Source: Candidatus Poribacteria bacterium
GTDB lineage: Bacteria > Poribacteria > WGA-4E > PCPOR2b
Direction of reading: 5' to 3'
Assembly (NCBI GenBank): GCA_965208675.1
Contig: OZ242351.1
Location: 2,720,001-2,784,000, forward strand
Length of the DNA: 64,000 bases
The notes under the pieces: model-generated
What the model was told of the DNA's origin: nothing
Databases searched by the model: none
The model's input: only the letters and a program-made list of their open reading frames with translations
In this document: one piece after another, positions 31,182-41,394 of the stretch
Layout: every line of letters begins with the position of its first letter
Numbering within the stretch: position 1 is the first letter of the stretch
Position numbers and translations under genes: made by a program

Positions 31182-33146
31182 ATGCCCGTAATTAGCAGAC
31201 CGCCGCTCAGAAGATTTTTCAGTTGTAAGGTTTCGGCTCTGGCTTTGGTTATCCTGCTGGGGCTTAGCCGGGCGGCGCCAAGCCAGGCACCTGAAGGGTT
31301 CGAATTCGCCGATGTCGTGGAGAAATACCAGAAGGCTGTGGATGAATATCCGGCGTCGATAGAGGCGTATATGAATCTAGGCTTCGCGTATCTAGCGGTG
31401 GATGCGATGGAGCAAGCCAAGGAGATGTTCCGCGAGGTGCTCCGATTGGACGCGGAGTCTCCTGAAGGACACTATTGGCTAGGGCGAATCGACAATCTCC
31501 AGGGCAATTTTGAGAAATCAATTTTTTCTTTTCAGAGTGCTGTCCGTTTGCTTCCAAACTGGAGCGACGCGTATTCGGAGTTGGGATTGTGCTATTTTCG
31601 GACATACAAATATGATGAGGCTGAAGCCGCTTTCAAGAAGGCGCTTTCGCTGATGGCAATGTCGAAAACCCATCGCCCTCGATTTGCACCACCGCCCATC
31701 TTCGAAAAAGAAAACCAAGAATGGATAAATAAAGTGGCACCGATGCTAAAAAGCGGTATTGTTTATTATCTTAGCCTTATCGCATTCGAACGTCGACTTT
31801 TTGACGAGACTGCCGAATACTGCCGTCAAGTTATCCGGATAGAACCCCAATTTGCGGAGGCGTATTTTCAGCTTGGGATGGTTCATGTTCAAAAAAAAGA
31901 GTGGGAAGCGGCAGAGAAAGCATTCGGCCAGGCAATTCACATTAGACCTCAAATGGGGCACGCCCACTACCAGTTGGGGTTATTGTATTTCAGACAAGGC
32001 AAACAGGCAGAAGCCGCCAACGCGATAGCGCAATCTCAACAACTTAACAATTCTTTGGAACAACTCCGGAAGCAGCAATTATCCCTGATGTTGAACACAG
32101 ACAAAGCCCCCGTCCTATCAAACCTCGGTTGGCAATATTTAAATGAGAAGAATTACGAAGCGGCTGTTCGGGAGTACAAAAAAGCACTCTGGCACAGCCC
32201 AAATCTCGCGGAAGCACACAACGGAATCGGTTATGCATATACGATGCAAGGCCAACTTGAGAAAGCAATCCAAGCTCAACAGATGGCGATCCGATTGAAA
32301 CCTCAGATGGCTGAAGCATACGCGGGCATGGGACTCATTCGGCTAAAGCGTGCAGAAGTTTCTCAAAGCGAAGGAGATTATGAATTAGCCCTTTCGGCGT
32401 ATCGCAAGGCAACAGAATTGAAGCCGGAATTCCCGGAAGCCCTCCTGAACCTTGGCAATATTGCCAATAAACTTTCTCGTCTTGAGGAAGCTGAAAAGGC
32501 TTATATAACATTGTTAACACTTCGGTCGAATCACGCGCATACCCAACTTGGCGAAATTCCGATAAGCCGGATTCATCTGAATCTGGGCAAAATTTATTTG
32601 CGTCAAGAGAAATTCCCACAGGCAAATCGGCATTATCAGGAAGCACTGAAGCAAAATCCGGATCTCGCCGAAGCGTTTTATGACTTGGGATTCATAGCAT
32701 TTAAAGATGGCCGGGCAGATGACGCCGTCGACAACTATAAGACTGCGCTAAAAATCCAACCCGATATGGCTGAAGCGCATTACTTCCTTGGAAAAATATA
32801 CGTTGAACAGAATCAGTTTGAGCCGGCGGAGAAAGCATTTCAGAGGGTTATCGAGATTCAGCCCTCCTTCCACAGAGCCTATGAACGGTTAGCACACCTA
32901 TACGGACAGACGGGCAGGTACACAAACAAGGCTGTGGCACTCGCCGAGAAAGCCGTAGAACTTCAACCCAATTCGGCGGCTTACCTCAATACCCTGTCAT
33001 GGTTGTATTACATCAACAAAGATTATGTGCAGGCGGAAAGCGCCATAAAAAAAGCACTCGTGTTGCAACCCGATAATCGGCTCTACCAACGAGGACTCAA
33101 AGCCGTTCAACAAGCCACGGGCGTTGATGGATCGGCGAGGAATTGA
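31182..33146 (+). CDS. Secreted multi-TPR protein
   Basis: More than a dozen 34-aa TPR units 'P..AEAY..LG'. Confidence 0.93.
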   Translation: MPVISRPPLRRFFSCKVSALALVILLGLSRAAPSQAPEGFEFADVVEKYQKAVDEYPASIEAYMNLGFAYLAVDAMEQAKEMFREVLRLDAESPEGHYWLGRIDNLQGNFEKSIFSFQSAVRLLPNWSDAYSELGLCYFRTYKYDEAEAAFKKALSLMAMSKTHRPRFAPPPIFEKENQEWINKVAPMLKSGIVYYLSLIAFERRLFDETAEYCRQVIRIEPQFAEAYFQLGMVHVQKKEWEAAEKAFGQAIHIRPQMGHAHYQLGLLYFRQGKQAEAANAIAQSQQLNNSLEQLRKQQLSLMLNTDKAPVLSNLGWQYLNEKNYEAAVREYKKALWHSPNLAEAHNGIGYAYTMQGQLEKAIQAQQMAIRLKPQMAEAYAGMGLIRLKRAEVSQSEGDYELALSAYRKATELKPEFPEALLNLGNIANKLSRLEEAEKAYITLLTLRSNHAHTQLGEIPISRIHLNLGKIYLRQEKFPQANRHYQEALKQNPDLAEAFYDLGFIAFKDGRADDAVDNYKTALKIQPDMAEAHYFLGKIYVEQNQFEPAEKAFQRVIEIQPSFHRAYERLAHLYGQTGRYTNKAVALAEKAVELQPNSAAYLNTLSWLYYINKDYVQAESAIKKALVLQPDNRLYQRGLKAVQQATGVDGSARN

Positions 33147-34921
33147 GTGAGGGAATGGGGAAAGCGAAGGGGACTCGGAAGTTAATCCGTTCAGGATTCA
33201 TATTCCCCGCATTCGGTTTTCTAGTCTTCTGGCTTTCTGGCTTGCCGGTGAACGCCCAATTCCACTTCACCGAAGTCCCCGCTCAAGTTACGGCTGCGGC
33301 ATCCGTGTTCCGCGGGACCGGCATCCACTTTCAGCACTCAGACGGCCGCAGCGGTGAGCGGTATTTTGTTGAGACGCTTGGCTCCGGCGCCGCGTGGTTT
33401 GATTATGACGAAGATGGAGATTTGGACATCTATTTCGTCAACGGCGCGGATTTGCCGAAGATGCGCTCGGATGTTCCGCCGACTAACGCACTTTACCGCA
33501 ATAACGGCGACGGCACCTTCACCGATGTGACATCTGATGCTGGCGTGGGCGATACGGGATATGGTTTTGGTTGCTGCGTAGGCGATTACGATAACGACGG
33601 TTACTCAGACCTTTATGTCACGAATTTCGGCCCAAATCTTCTGTATCACAATAACGGCGACGGCACCTTCACCGACATGACGCATGAAGCAGGTGTTGGA
33701 GATGAGCGGTGGGGAGCTTCCGCTGCTTTCGCCGATTATGACAACGATGGCGACATAGATTTATTTGTCGCCAACTATGTGACGTATCAATTAGAGAATA
33801 ATCAGGATTGCTATGAGAGAGGCATCCGCGCCTATTGTCCGCCGGCAGATTTCGCGGGGGCGCTGGATGTGCTTTATCGAAACGACGGCAATGGCACGTT
33901 TACAGACATCACACAGAATGCGGGATTCATGAACTCAAACGGCAAGGGGCTGGGCGTCGTTTGGGGGGACTATGACAACGACGGCTATGCTGACCTTTCC
34001 GTGGCGAATGATACGACGCCTGACACACTTTATTGGAACAAGGGCGATGGCACTTTTATGGAGGTGGGGACTTTCGTTGGGGTTGCCTTTAGCGGCAGAG
34101 GCACTGCCTTAAGCGGGATGGGCATCAGTTTCGGCGATTATGACAACGACGGCTGGTTAGATCGGGTTGTGACGAACTTCCAGGATGAACCAAACACTCT
34201 CCATCACAACGACGGGATTGGGGAAAATACAGGGCTTCCCCCTGTTTTCGCCGATACGACTTTTTCAGCCGGCCTTGGAAGGCCAAGCCTTCCGTATCTC
34301 GCCTGGGGTGTGGATTTCGTAGATCTCGACAACGATGGGCATCTGGACATCTTCGCGGCGAATGGGCATGTACACGACAAGGCCGAAGAAATTAACAGAG
34401 ATGTCAATCAGAGCAGTACGTACGCCCAGCGAAACCAGGTCTTCAGAAATCGAGGCGATGGCGGTTTCTATGAGATTTCCGAGGGCATCGGCACCGGATT
34501 GCACATAAAGAAAGTAAGCCGCGGCGCCGCATTCGGCGATTATGACAACGATGGCGACGTTGACATCTTGATTACCAATTCCAATCAGGCGCCGGACCTC
34601 ATTCGGAACGACAGCGTAAATTCAAACCACTGGCTGATGCTGGAGACCATCGGCACGCAGAGTAATCGGGACGGGATTGGTGCCCGTGTGAAAGTGACCG
34701 CAGGAGGATTCTCACAAATCCGGGAAGTAAAAAGCGGCTCCAGTTACCTTTGTCAGAGCGATATGCGGTTACATTTTGGACTTGGCGAGGCATCAGAAGC
34801 CGATTCGGTGGAGATTCGATGGCCCAGCGGGTTGGTGGAGCGTTTTGAAGGCGTCAAAGCCAATCAGTTTGTGAAGGTGATAGAGGGGGAAGGACAGCTC
34901 CTGTCACAACCGTCTGAATGA
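33143..34921 (+). CDS. CRTAC1 / FG-GAP repeat protein with ASPIC-UnbV C-terminal domain
   Basis: Repeated DYDNDG.DL motifs; 'NRDGIGARV…SYLCQSD.RLHFGLG…IRWPSG'. Confidence 0.93.
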   Translation: MSEGMGKAKGTRKLIRSGFIFPAFGFLVFWLSGLPVNAQFHFTEVPAQVTAAASVFRGTGIHFQHSDGRSGERYFVETLGSGAAWFDYDEDGDLDIYFVNGADLPKMRSDVPPTNALYRNNGDGTFTDVTSDAGVGDTGYGFGCCVGDYDNDGYSDLYVTNFGPNLLYHNNGDGTFTDMTHEAGVGDERWGASAAFADYDNDGDIDLFVANYVTYQLENNQDCYERGIRAYCPPADFAGALDVLYRNDGNGTFTDITQNAGFMNSNGKGLGVVWGDYDNDGYADLSVANDTTPDTLYWNKGDGTFMEVGTFVGVAFSGRGTALSGMGISFGDYDNDGWLDRVVTNFQDEPNTLHHNDGIGENTGLPPVFADTTFSAGLGRPSLPYLAWGVDFVDLDNDGHLDIFAANGHVHDKAEEINRDVNQSSTYAQRNQVFRNRGDGGFYEISEGIGTGLHIKKVSRGAAFGDYDNDGDVDILITNSNQAPDLIRNDSVNSNHWLMLETIGTQSNRDGIGARVKVTAGGFSQIREVKSGSSYLCQSDMRLHFGLGEASEADSVEIRWPSGLVERFEGVKANQFVKVIEGEGQLLSQPSE

Positions 34922-34928
34922 ACTTTGG

Positions 34929-35206
34929 AAAATCCGCTTTACCCGGTGCGGCCCCATCTTCGAAACGCACTGGCGCAACAGATACGGGCACTCGGTTTCG
35001 GGAAATGGTGCCAGTACATTCACGATTTTGAAGAACACATCGCCTCCATGGAATATCTTCCCGACGCTCTTCACAGATAACGCTCCTAAGAGCCGGTCGA
35101 CATCGTACATGAAGCGGTCATCCGTGAATATCTGGAAAAAGTGACAAAACAAAAAAGGGCGAATCAATTGAACCATGTTCGTCTGATGAAGTCTAGCGGA
35201 GCGAAG
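34929..35206 (+). pseudogene. rarA: Degenerate duplicate of the rarA 3' end
   Basis: Aligns with 27322-27579 (…HDFEEHIA…[11 protein letters not shown]…GTCTAGCGGAGCGAAG) with stops and substitutions. Confidence 0.88.
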
Positions 35207-35225
35207 TCAGAATTAGTCTAATGCA

Positions 35226-36710
35226 TCAGTATATTACCCTTTCCTCCCTAAATAATTCGCCCATCATTATATTACCCTTCCCATCATAAATTCGCCACTC
35301 CCCATCCACTTTTCGCATTTTAAGAACGAATCCAGTGTTCCTGGGGCTATCCGACGTTGGCGCTTCTAATCGGAAATGAAATTCATCGCCGACATATTCA
35401 CTACTCACAATCTCTATCTGACTATAACCCTCCCGCATCTTCGACTGTCCTTCCGGAGTTTGAATTGCATCCAGTCCCTTCAGTATAGACTGAATCACAG
35501 ATTCTCTCGTCTTTTCTACTAACGCTTCTGGCACCCCTTCTGGAAAATTATCTTCAATTGCATTTAAGGTTTCATTTACAAATTCTTCTGGAAACTCCCC
35601 TCCGAGGAAACGTAAACTAGTTTCAATATGATCTCTGTAAGCTCCTGTCACAAAGGGGAGAGTTTCCTCTAAATCCACATTCTTAAGTGCTTCCACATAA
35701 GCGTTCATCACCTCTTCGGCGGATAAGATTGTGCCTTCTGATGCAACGGATGAATCGGTTTCGCCTGATTCGGAATCCTGATTAGATGCCCCGTCCGTTG
35801 CTAGTTGCGACGCCTGCGTTTCCGATTGTTCGTCGGCACCTTCTAGATGATCGAAGAAGTCCTCAATTTGCAGCATCTCTTCTGCGGAGATTTGCGGCTT
35901 ATTTTCGGGTAAAGGTGCGCTGACCGCGCCTTTACGAGCGGTGTCCGTTTGAGCGACCGAGGTTTCAGACTCAGTTGGCGTCGAAGCTACAATCTCAACC
36001 GATGGAGACGAATCTTCTTTCGACGATATGAACTGGCGCGTTCCGATGAAGGCGAGTACAATGATGGCTACCGCCCCGGCGGTGATTTTGGGTACTGTTC
36101 CAACTTTCATGACCGTTAATCCTCCTGAGTAGATTTGTTTGAGTGTGGGCATCGGAGAAACAAACACACCAGTAAGCAGATGACCCAATCGTTTGGCGAG
36201 TTTCTGCTTGGCGCGCGAGAGCCGAAACGAAATCGCCTTGTATGACAACCCATGCGTCCGAATCAGTTCGTCGTAGCCTGCGCCTTCAAGATAGTACGAG
36301 CGAGCGATTTCCCTATCTTTTTGCGGCAACGTTTCAATCGCGCGGCGAATCAGTTCCCTCTGTTCGCGGCGTATCAACTGTTCGTCGGGTGCGTCCGGGG
36401 TTAGGAGTGTGTGTGCGCTCGCTTCATCAATGGAAACAGTATTGACACGCTGTTTTCGCAACCAATCTCGTGCACTGTTTCGGGCAATCTCTGCCAGCCA
36501 GTATTTGAATTTTTCCCGATCCTCATACTGCACCAAGCCACGGTAGGCGTTGAGAAAGGTGTCTTGCACAATCTCTTCGGCATCGTTCGGATTGTTTACA
36601 AATCCGATTACAACCGCATAAACAAAGGCGTAATGCACCCGCATTAACTCCGTGAATGCACCTTCGTCCCCCGCTTGAACGCGGTAAATCAGATCTTTAG
36701 TGTTAGCCAC
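35226..36710 (-). CDS. ECF sigma factor with TM anchor and extracytoplasmic NTF2-like C-terminal domain (array copy 1)
   Basis: sigma2 DAEEIVQDTF…WLAEIARN; sigma4 LPQKDRE…SYKAISFRLSRAK; TM AGAVAIIVLAFIG; VGDEFHFRL…KMRK..G.WRIY. Confidence 0.93.
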   Translation of the reverse strand: MANTKDLIYRVQAGDEGAFTELMRVHYAFVYAVVIGFVNNPNDAEEIVQDTFLNAYRGLVQYEDREKFKYWLAEIARNSARDWLRKQRVNTVSIDEASAHTLLTPDAPDEQLIRREQRELIRRAIETLPQKDREIARSYYLEGAGYDELIRTHGLSYKAISFRLSRAKQKLAKRLGHLLTGVFVSPMPTLKQIYSGGLTVMKVGTVPKITAGAVAIIVLAFIGTRQFISSKEDSSPSVEIVASTPTESETSVAQTDTARKGAVSAPLPENKPQISAEEMLQIEDFFDHLEGADEQSETQASQLATDGASNQDSESGETDSSVASEGTILSAEEVMNAYVEALKNVDLEETLPFVTGAYRDHIETSLRFLGGEFPEEFVNETLNAIEDNFPEGVPEALVEKTRESVIQSILKGLDAIQTPEGQSKMREGYSQIEIVSSEYVGDEFHFRLEAPTSDSPRNTGFVLKMRKVDGEWRIYDGKGNIMMGELFREERVIY

Positions 36711-36746
36711 TGTTCTTCATTCCTCCTTATACCCCTTAATCAAACA

Positions 36747-36774
36747 TAACGACGTTCTGCGATTTTTTCTAGCA
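36747..36774 (-). promoter_or_regulatory. Putative ECF autopromoter GCTAGAA-N15-CGTT
   Basis: TAGAA-N15-YGTY conserved with exact spacing upstream of all five paralogs. Confidence 0.7.
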
Positions 36775-36789
36775 CTTTTTTTGAAGATG

Positions 36790-36900
36790 TAACTGTCTGA
36801 ATCAGGATTTACCGGATTAAAGGATTCCCAGGATATCAGATTAGTCGCGGGTTGAAAATAAAAAAGGCGAATGGGTTGTACCATTCGCCACGTGAAGTCT
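36790..36900. repeat. Array spacer repeat (TGTCTGAATCAGGATTTACCGGATTAAAGGATT… plus hairpin), copy A
   Basis: Similar copies at about 38470, 41453, 43061, 47886, 51348 (split) and 56061. Confidence 0.92.
36856..36889 (-). terminator. Intrinsic terminator GGCGAATGG-loop-CCATTCGCC-T-tract
   Basis: 9-bp GC-rich stem followed by TTTTTTATTTT on minus strand; repeated in each spacer. Confidence 0.85.
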
Positions 36901-36927
36901 TTGGGAATAGAGTTGGGAGTTTGTTGA

Positions 36928-38397
36928 TTATTCCCTTGCATAAATTATCCACACTCCATCAACATTCCGCATCTTAACGAGGCGCATTATGCTTTCTGGT
37001 GGCTTTGGAAACCCTGGAGGAAGCTCTCCCAATCCCGGTAGTTTTGGCATCGGCACGCTCAATCGGAAGTGAAATTCATCACCGACATATTCGCTCCTCA
37101 CAATCTCCATCTCCCCATACATTTCCTGTGCCATTTGCCGTATCTTCGCCTGCACTTTTGAATTCTGGTTAATCTCCAACATCATTTGCTGCAGACTATC
37201 CATCTGTTTTTCTGACATCGCTTCTTTTTCTTTCGACATCTCGTCGGAAATACGATCTGCTACGTCTTCTGAAAACCCATCACTGAAGATGTGCAAAGTA
37301 GTTTCAATGTGATTTCTGGCGGTCCCATCTACGTACGGGAGCAATGCCTCAAAGTCAAAAGTCCTATATGCATCGAGATAAGTATCCATCAACTCTTCGG
37401 CGGCAAAACTAGCGCTTTCGGCTTCAAAAGATGAATCAGTGACATTGCCTTTTTGAAAATCTTGATTGGTTGTCTCGTGCGTTGCTAGTTGTGAGATAGC
37501 GGCCTCCGATTGCGCGTCTGACTCATCAAGGTGAGCGAAAAAGTTTTCGATTTGCTGCATCTCCTCTGCAGAGATTTGCGGTTTGTCTTCAGGCACAGAC
37601 GCGACGACTGCGCTTTTACGAGCGGCGTCCGTTTGAGCGACCGAGGTTTCAGGCTCAGTTGGCGTTGAAGCAACAATCTCTTCCGATGGCGACGAATCTT
37701 CTTTCGACGATAGGAACTGGCGCGTTCCGATGAAGGCGAGTACAATGATGGCTACGGCCCCGGCGGTGATTTTGGGTACTGTTCCAACTTTCATGACCGT
37801 TAATCCTCCTGAATAGATTTGTTTGAGTGTGGTTATCGGAGAAACGAATACACCAGAAAGCAGATGACCCAACCGCTTGGCGAGTTTCTGTTTGGCGCGT
37901 GAGAGTCGAAACGAAATTGCCTTGTATGACAACCCGTGCGTCCGAATCAGTTCGTCGTAGCTTGCGCCTTCAAGATAGTACGAACGCGCGATGTCCCTAT
38001 CTTTTTGCGGCAAGGTTTCCATCGCGCGGCGAATCAGTTCTCTCTGTTCGCGGCGTATCAACTCTTCGTCAGGTGAATCCGCGGTTTGAAGCGTACCTTC
38101 GCTCACCTCGTTGATGGATACGGCGTCGATTCGTTGTTGTTCTCGCAACCAGTTTAAGGCTCGATTTCGCGCAATTTTTGCGAGCCAGCCTTTGAATCTT
38201 TTCGTATCCTCAAGTTGTGGCAAACCGCGGTAAGCGTTAAGGAAGATTTCTTGGACAACTTCCTCGGCGTCGTTGGGATTGTTTACGATTCCGATTACAA
38301 TCGCATAAACGAAGGCATAATACGCCTGCATTAACTCAGTGAACGCACCTTCGTCCCATGTTTGGGCGCGAGAAATGAGGGCGTTGTCGTTATCCAC
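36928..38397 (-). CDS. ECF sigma factor-TM-NTF2-like fusion (array copy 2)
   Basis: Same architecture as copy 1; GTG start, SD GGAGG. Confidence 0.93.
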   Translation of the reverse strand: MDNDNALISRAQTWDEGAFTELMQAYYAFVYAIVIGIVNNPNDAEEVVQEIFLNAYRGLPQLEDTKRFKGWLAKIARNRALNWLREQQRIDAVSINEVSEGTLQTADSPDEELIRREQRELIRRAMETLPQKDRDIARSYYLEGASYDELIRTHGLSYKAISFRLSRAKQKLAKRLGHLLSGVFVSPITTLKQIYSGGLTVMKVGTVPKITAGAVAIIVLAFIGTRQFLSSKEDSSPSEEIVASTPTEPETSVAQTDAARKSAVVASVPEDKPQISAEEMQQIENFFAHLDESDAQSEAAISQLATHETTNQDFQKGNVTDSSFEAESASFAAEELMDTYLDAYRTFDFEALLPYVDGTARNHIETTLHIFSDGFSEDVADRISDEMSKEKEAMSEKQMDSLQQMMLEINQNSKVQAKIRQMAQEMYGEMEIVRSEYVGDEFHFRLSVPMPKLPGLGELPPGFPKPPESIMRLVKMRNVDGVWIIYARE

Positions 38398-38427
38398 AGT
38401 TTTTCGTTCCTCCGTTGCATTATATTA

Positions 38428-38590
38428 AGACACTGTTCTGCGATTTTTTCTAGCACTTTTTTGTGATGTAACTGTCTGACTCAGGATTTACCGGATTAAA
38501 GGATTCTCAGGATATCAGATTTTTCGCGGGCAGAAAATAAAAAAAGGCGAATGGGTTGAACCATTCGCCTTGTGAAATCTTGGGGAATAC
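38428..38590. repeat. Array spacer copy B (promoter GCTAGAA-N15-TGTC, repeat, terminator)
   Basis: Near-identical to copy A. Confidence 0.9.
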
Positions 38591-38618
38591 GGTTGTGGGT
38601 TTGTTAAGAGTTCCGCTT

Positions 38619-41360
38619 TTAATACAAATAATTAACTTCGTAAATTTGCCATGCACCGTTCTCTTTTCGCATCTTAACAGACGTACCCGGCATCTCTAGG
38701 TGCTCGGGCATCTCCGGCAGCTCTATCCCCTGTAATTCGGGCATCTCCGATATGTCCGGTATCTCTATTTTCGGCATGGCTATTTTCAATTGGAAGTGGA
38801 ATTCATCGTCGACATATTTACTGGTCACAATCTCAACCTGACTGAACATTGATCGCACCATCGGATTCTGCATCGTATCGTTTAACATCTGAATCATACC
38901 GTCCGCCATTTCTTCTGATAACCCAATGTCATTATAATATATATCAACAAGCTCATCCGGAAGCTCACCGTTAAACATGCCTATAAGACCCGTTACCACT
39001 GGTCGGGCAGTGCCTGTCACATACGGCAGCATCGTCTCAAGTTCAAGCTTTCTATACGCCTCTATATAGGCATTCATCAACTCTTCGGCGGATGCATTCG
39101 CGTCGGTTGTGCTGGACTCGGTTTCAGATTCAGACGGTAGTTGGGAGGTGTCCACTTCCGGTTCTTCGATTTGACCGAGGGAGTCCTTGCCAACGATGAC
39201 GGTGGCGCGCTTGTTTCGAGGGAATACACTCGCCGCCAGGTGCTGCATGTCTGCATCGGTAACGCGCTGGATGGCATCACGCAATTCGTTGCCATCCAGT
39301 TTCAGTTGATACCGACGACCGGTGCTGAAAGCTAAACCGTAAAGGTTTTGCGCCCACATGGCATCCGGCACCTCAACTGTGCCCAACATTGCCATTGAGT
39401 TAAGCGTTCGCTGTTTGTCCTCCGGTGTAAGTTTTGTCGCCAACGCCGTGTTTAGGCGTTCGTCGAGTTGAATCAGTGCAATATGGTCGTCTGTGTCAGA
39501 TTGTAGGTCGGTTTGGAGCACAAGTGTGGTATCATCCTCCAGCGGTGTGAAGTACACACGCGGTGTTTTACCCGGCTGAAAGACGAACTGTGCGCTTGCC
39601 CACAAACGCGAGACAACTATCAGGAACGGCGCGTACTCCTTACTCCCGGGTCGGGGTGCAGCATATCCAATCGCTGCGACGCCGGTCGTATCGTCGTTCA
39701 CAGGTTCTGCAGTAAGCAACCGCAGCCCGCCGGTCAATGCTATAGACTTGCGCGGTTTAATAGGGGGCGACACGCTGGGCGAAATGTGACCGAAGTTTTG
39801 GTGAATCAACTGCCGCGCTTCGGCAACGTCAAACCCGCCTGCGATGGCAAGAATGGCGTTGTTCGGTTTGTAGTAATTCTGCCAAAATTGCTGGAGCTCG
39901 TCGAGCGTCATAGTCTCGATGTGCTCGGGCGCGACGCCGACGCGTCCGCCTTCGAGAATCGTGTGCAAGTGAGCTCGAACACTGTTTAAACCGACCAGCG
40001 ACGGGACGCCACTATACATGTTCCTCAACTCCGCCATCACGCGAGGCACCTCACGATTCAGATCGGCTTGGGTAATGCGTAGGTCATTCATGCGGGTAGC
40101 CGCGTCCTTCAATTCGGACGCGAATTGTTTTGCTTCGACGACCCCGGCAAAAACGGTGTAGTCAAATCCCGTGTGCGAGTTCCAGCCTGCAACATAGCGT
40201 GCCTGAAGCTGTATGGCGCCGCGCGCTGGGGAGTCGCCGGCTGCAGCGGTATAATACAGGTGTTCAAGCAGGTGTGCTCTGCCGGACTTTCCGATCGGGT
40301 CGTGGTCTCCGCCCAAATTGAACAGCACTACAACCGCCACTTGGCTTGACGTGGGAACAGGGCGTAGAATGACTGTCAGCCCATTTTCCAGTTTGTACGG
40401 CGCCCGTATCTCGGTCTTTGAAATTTTAACCTCGGCGACGGAGTTGATCGGACTCGGTTGCTCGGGCGAATTACCGACAATCCCCGTGCCGTGTTCACCA
40501 AGAACCGTTGGCGGTTTGGCCCCCTCGGCCACGAGTTCCACCGGAATCTCTGCAAACATTGTCATCTGGATTTCGCTGGGAAGCGGTGAACTGGCCAGAT
40601 CGCCGGGCGTAGCAACTGGTCGGAGAAATTGATTGAAAAGCATAAAGGTAAGTACTATCCCGACGGTCGCTGAACCGATGAATGGAAGCAACGGCTTCGT
40701 TGAAATCGGTTGCACTTTGGTTGACTTAATGGCTTCGACGATTCGGAACGTAAAGCCTGACTGTAATTTTTTCTCTGCAAATGTGGTGTCTATCATCGAA
40801 ATCAACTCCTCCTTCAGTTTGGTTCTGGCTCGCATCAACCGTTGGTTCACGGTGTTGACAGAAGTCCCCAAAAACCGCGCAATCTCCTTGCTACTCAGAC
40901 CGCCAAGATAGTAGAGCGTCAACGTCTGTCGATAGATTTCCGGCAATTGATCAATCGCCTCACGGATGGATTCGGCTGCGGCTTCGCTTCGATAGGCATC
41001 AATTGACGGTGTGTCCAAGAGCGCCGTGTCTTGGTCCTCGATGTAGTCTCCATCTGGACGGCGTAATCGGGATGTGAGAAAATTTGTGCACGAATTAACC
41101 GTAATTGAGAACAGCCACGCTAAGAAGTTATCCCGTCGCTTGAGGGTAGGAAGTTTCTGATAGGCTTTAATAAAGACTTCTTGGGTGATGTCCTCAGCAT
41201 CGTGGAAGTTTCTAAGCTTTGTGTAAGCTAGGGCATAGACGCTCGACTTGTATTTATCAACGAGCAAGCCAAACGCCGCCGATTCTCCATTAAGGCATTT
41301 TCCGATGATGTATCCATCTTCTGTGTACACGGTTCTATTCCTCTCACCAAATGGCTTCAT
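38619..41360 (-). CDS. ECF sigma factor-TM-M16 (insulinase-family) peptidase-NTF2-like fusion
   Basis: sigma2 DAEDITQEVF, sigma4 LPEIYR…EIARFLG; TM; YKLENGL…AHLLEH inverted Zn motif; YYKPNNAIL; shared C-terminal domain. Confidence 0.9.
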   Translation of the reverse strand: MKPFGERNRTVYTEDGYIIGKCLNGESAAFGLLVDKYKSSVYALAYTKLRNFHDAEDITQEVFIKAYQKLPTLKRRDNFLAWLFSITVNSCTNFLTSRLRRPDGDYIEDQDTALLDTPSIDAYRSEAAAESIREAIDQLPEIYRQTLTLYYLGGLSSKEIARFLGTSVNTVNQRLMRARTKLKEELISMIDTTFAEKKLQSGFTFRIVEAIKSTKVQPISTKPLLPFIGSATVGIVLTFMLFNQFLRPVATPGDLASSPLPSEIQMTMFAEIPVELVAEGAKPPTVLGEHGTGIVGNSPEQPSPINSVAEVKISKTEIRAPYKLENGLTVILRPVPTSSQVAVVVLFNLGGDHDPIGKSGRAHLLEHLYYTAAAGDSPARGAIQLQARYVAGWNSHTGFDYTVFAGVVEAKQFASELKDAATRMNDLRITQADLNREVPRVMAELRNMYSGVPSLVGLNSVRAHLHTILEGGRVGVAPEHIETMTLDELQQFWQNYYKPNNAILAIAGGFDVAEARQLIHQNFGHISPSVSPPIKPRKSIALTGGLRLLTAEPVNDDTTGVAAIGYAAPRPGSKEYAPFLIVVSRLWASAQFVFQPGKTPRVYFTPLEDDTTLVLQTDLQSDTDDHIALIQLDERLNTALATKLTPEDKQRTLNSMAMLGTVEVPDAMWAQNLYGLAFSTGRRYQLKLDGNELRDAIQRVTDADMQHLAASVFPRNKRATVIVGKDSLGQIEEPEVDTSQLPSESETESSTTDANASAEELMNAYIEAYRKLELETMLPYVTGTARPVVTGLIGMFNGELPDELVDIYYNDIGLSEEMADGMIQMLNDTMQNPMVRSMFSQVEIVTSKYVDDEFHFQLKIAMPKIEIPDISEMPELQGIELPEMPEHLEMPGTSVKMRKENGAWQIYEVNYLY

Positions 41361-41367
41361 TTAGTAT

Positions 41368-41394
41368 GACAATGCAAAAGACCGAAATATTACA
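41368..41394 (-). promoter_or_regulatory. Putative ECF autopromoter TGTAAT-N17-TGTC, 7 nt before the ATG (leaderless)
   Basis: Same motif and spacing at 47800-47826; no SD before either ATG. Confidence 0.6.
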
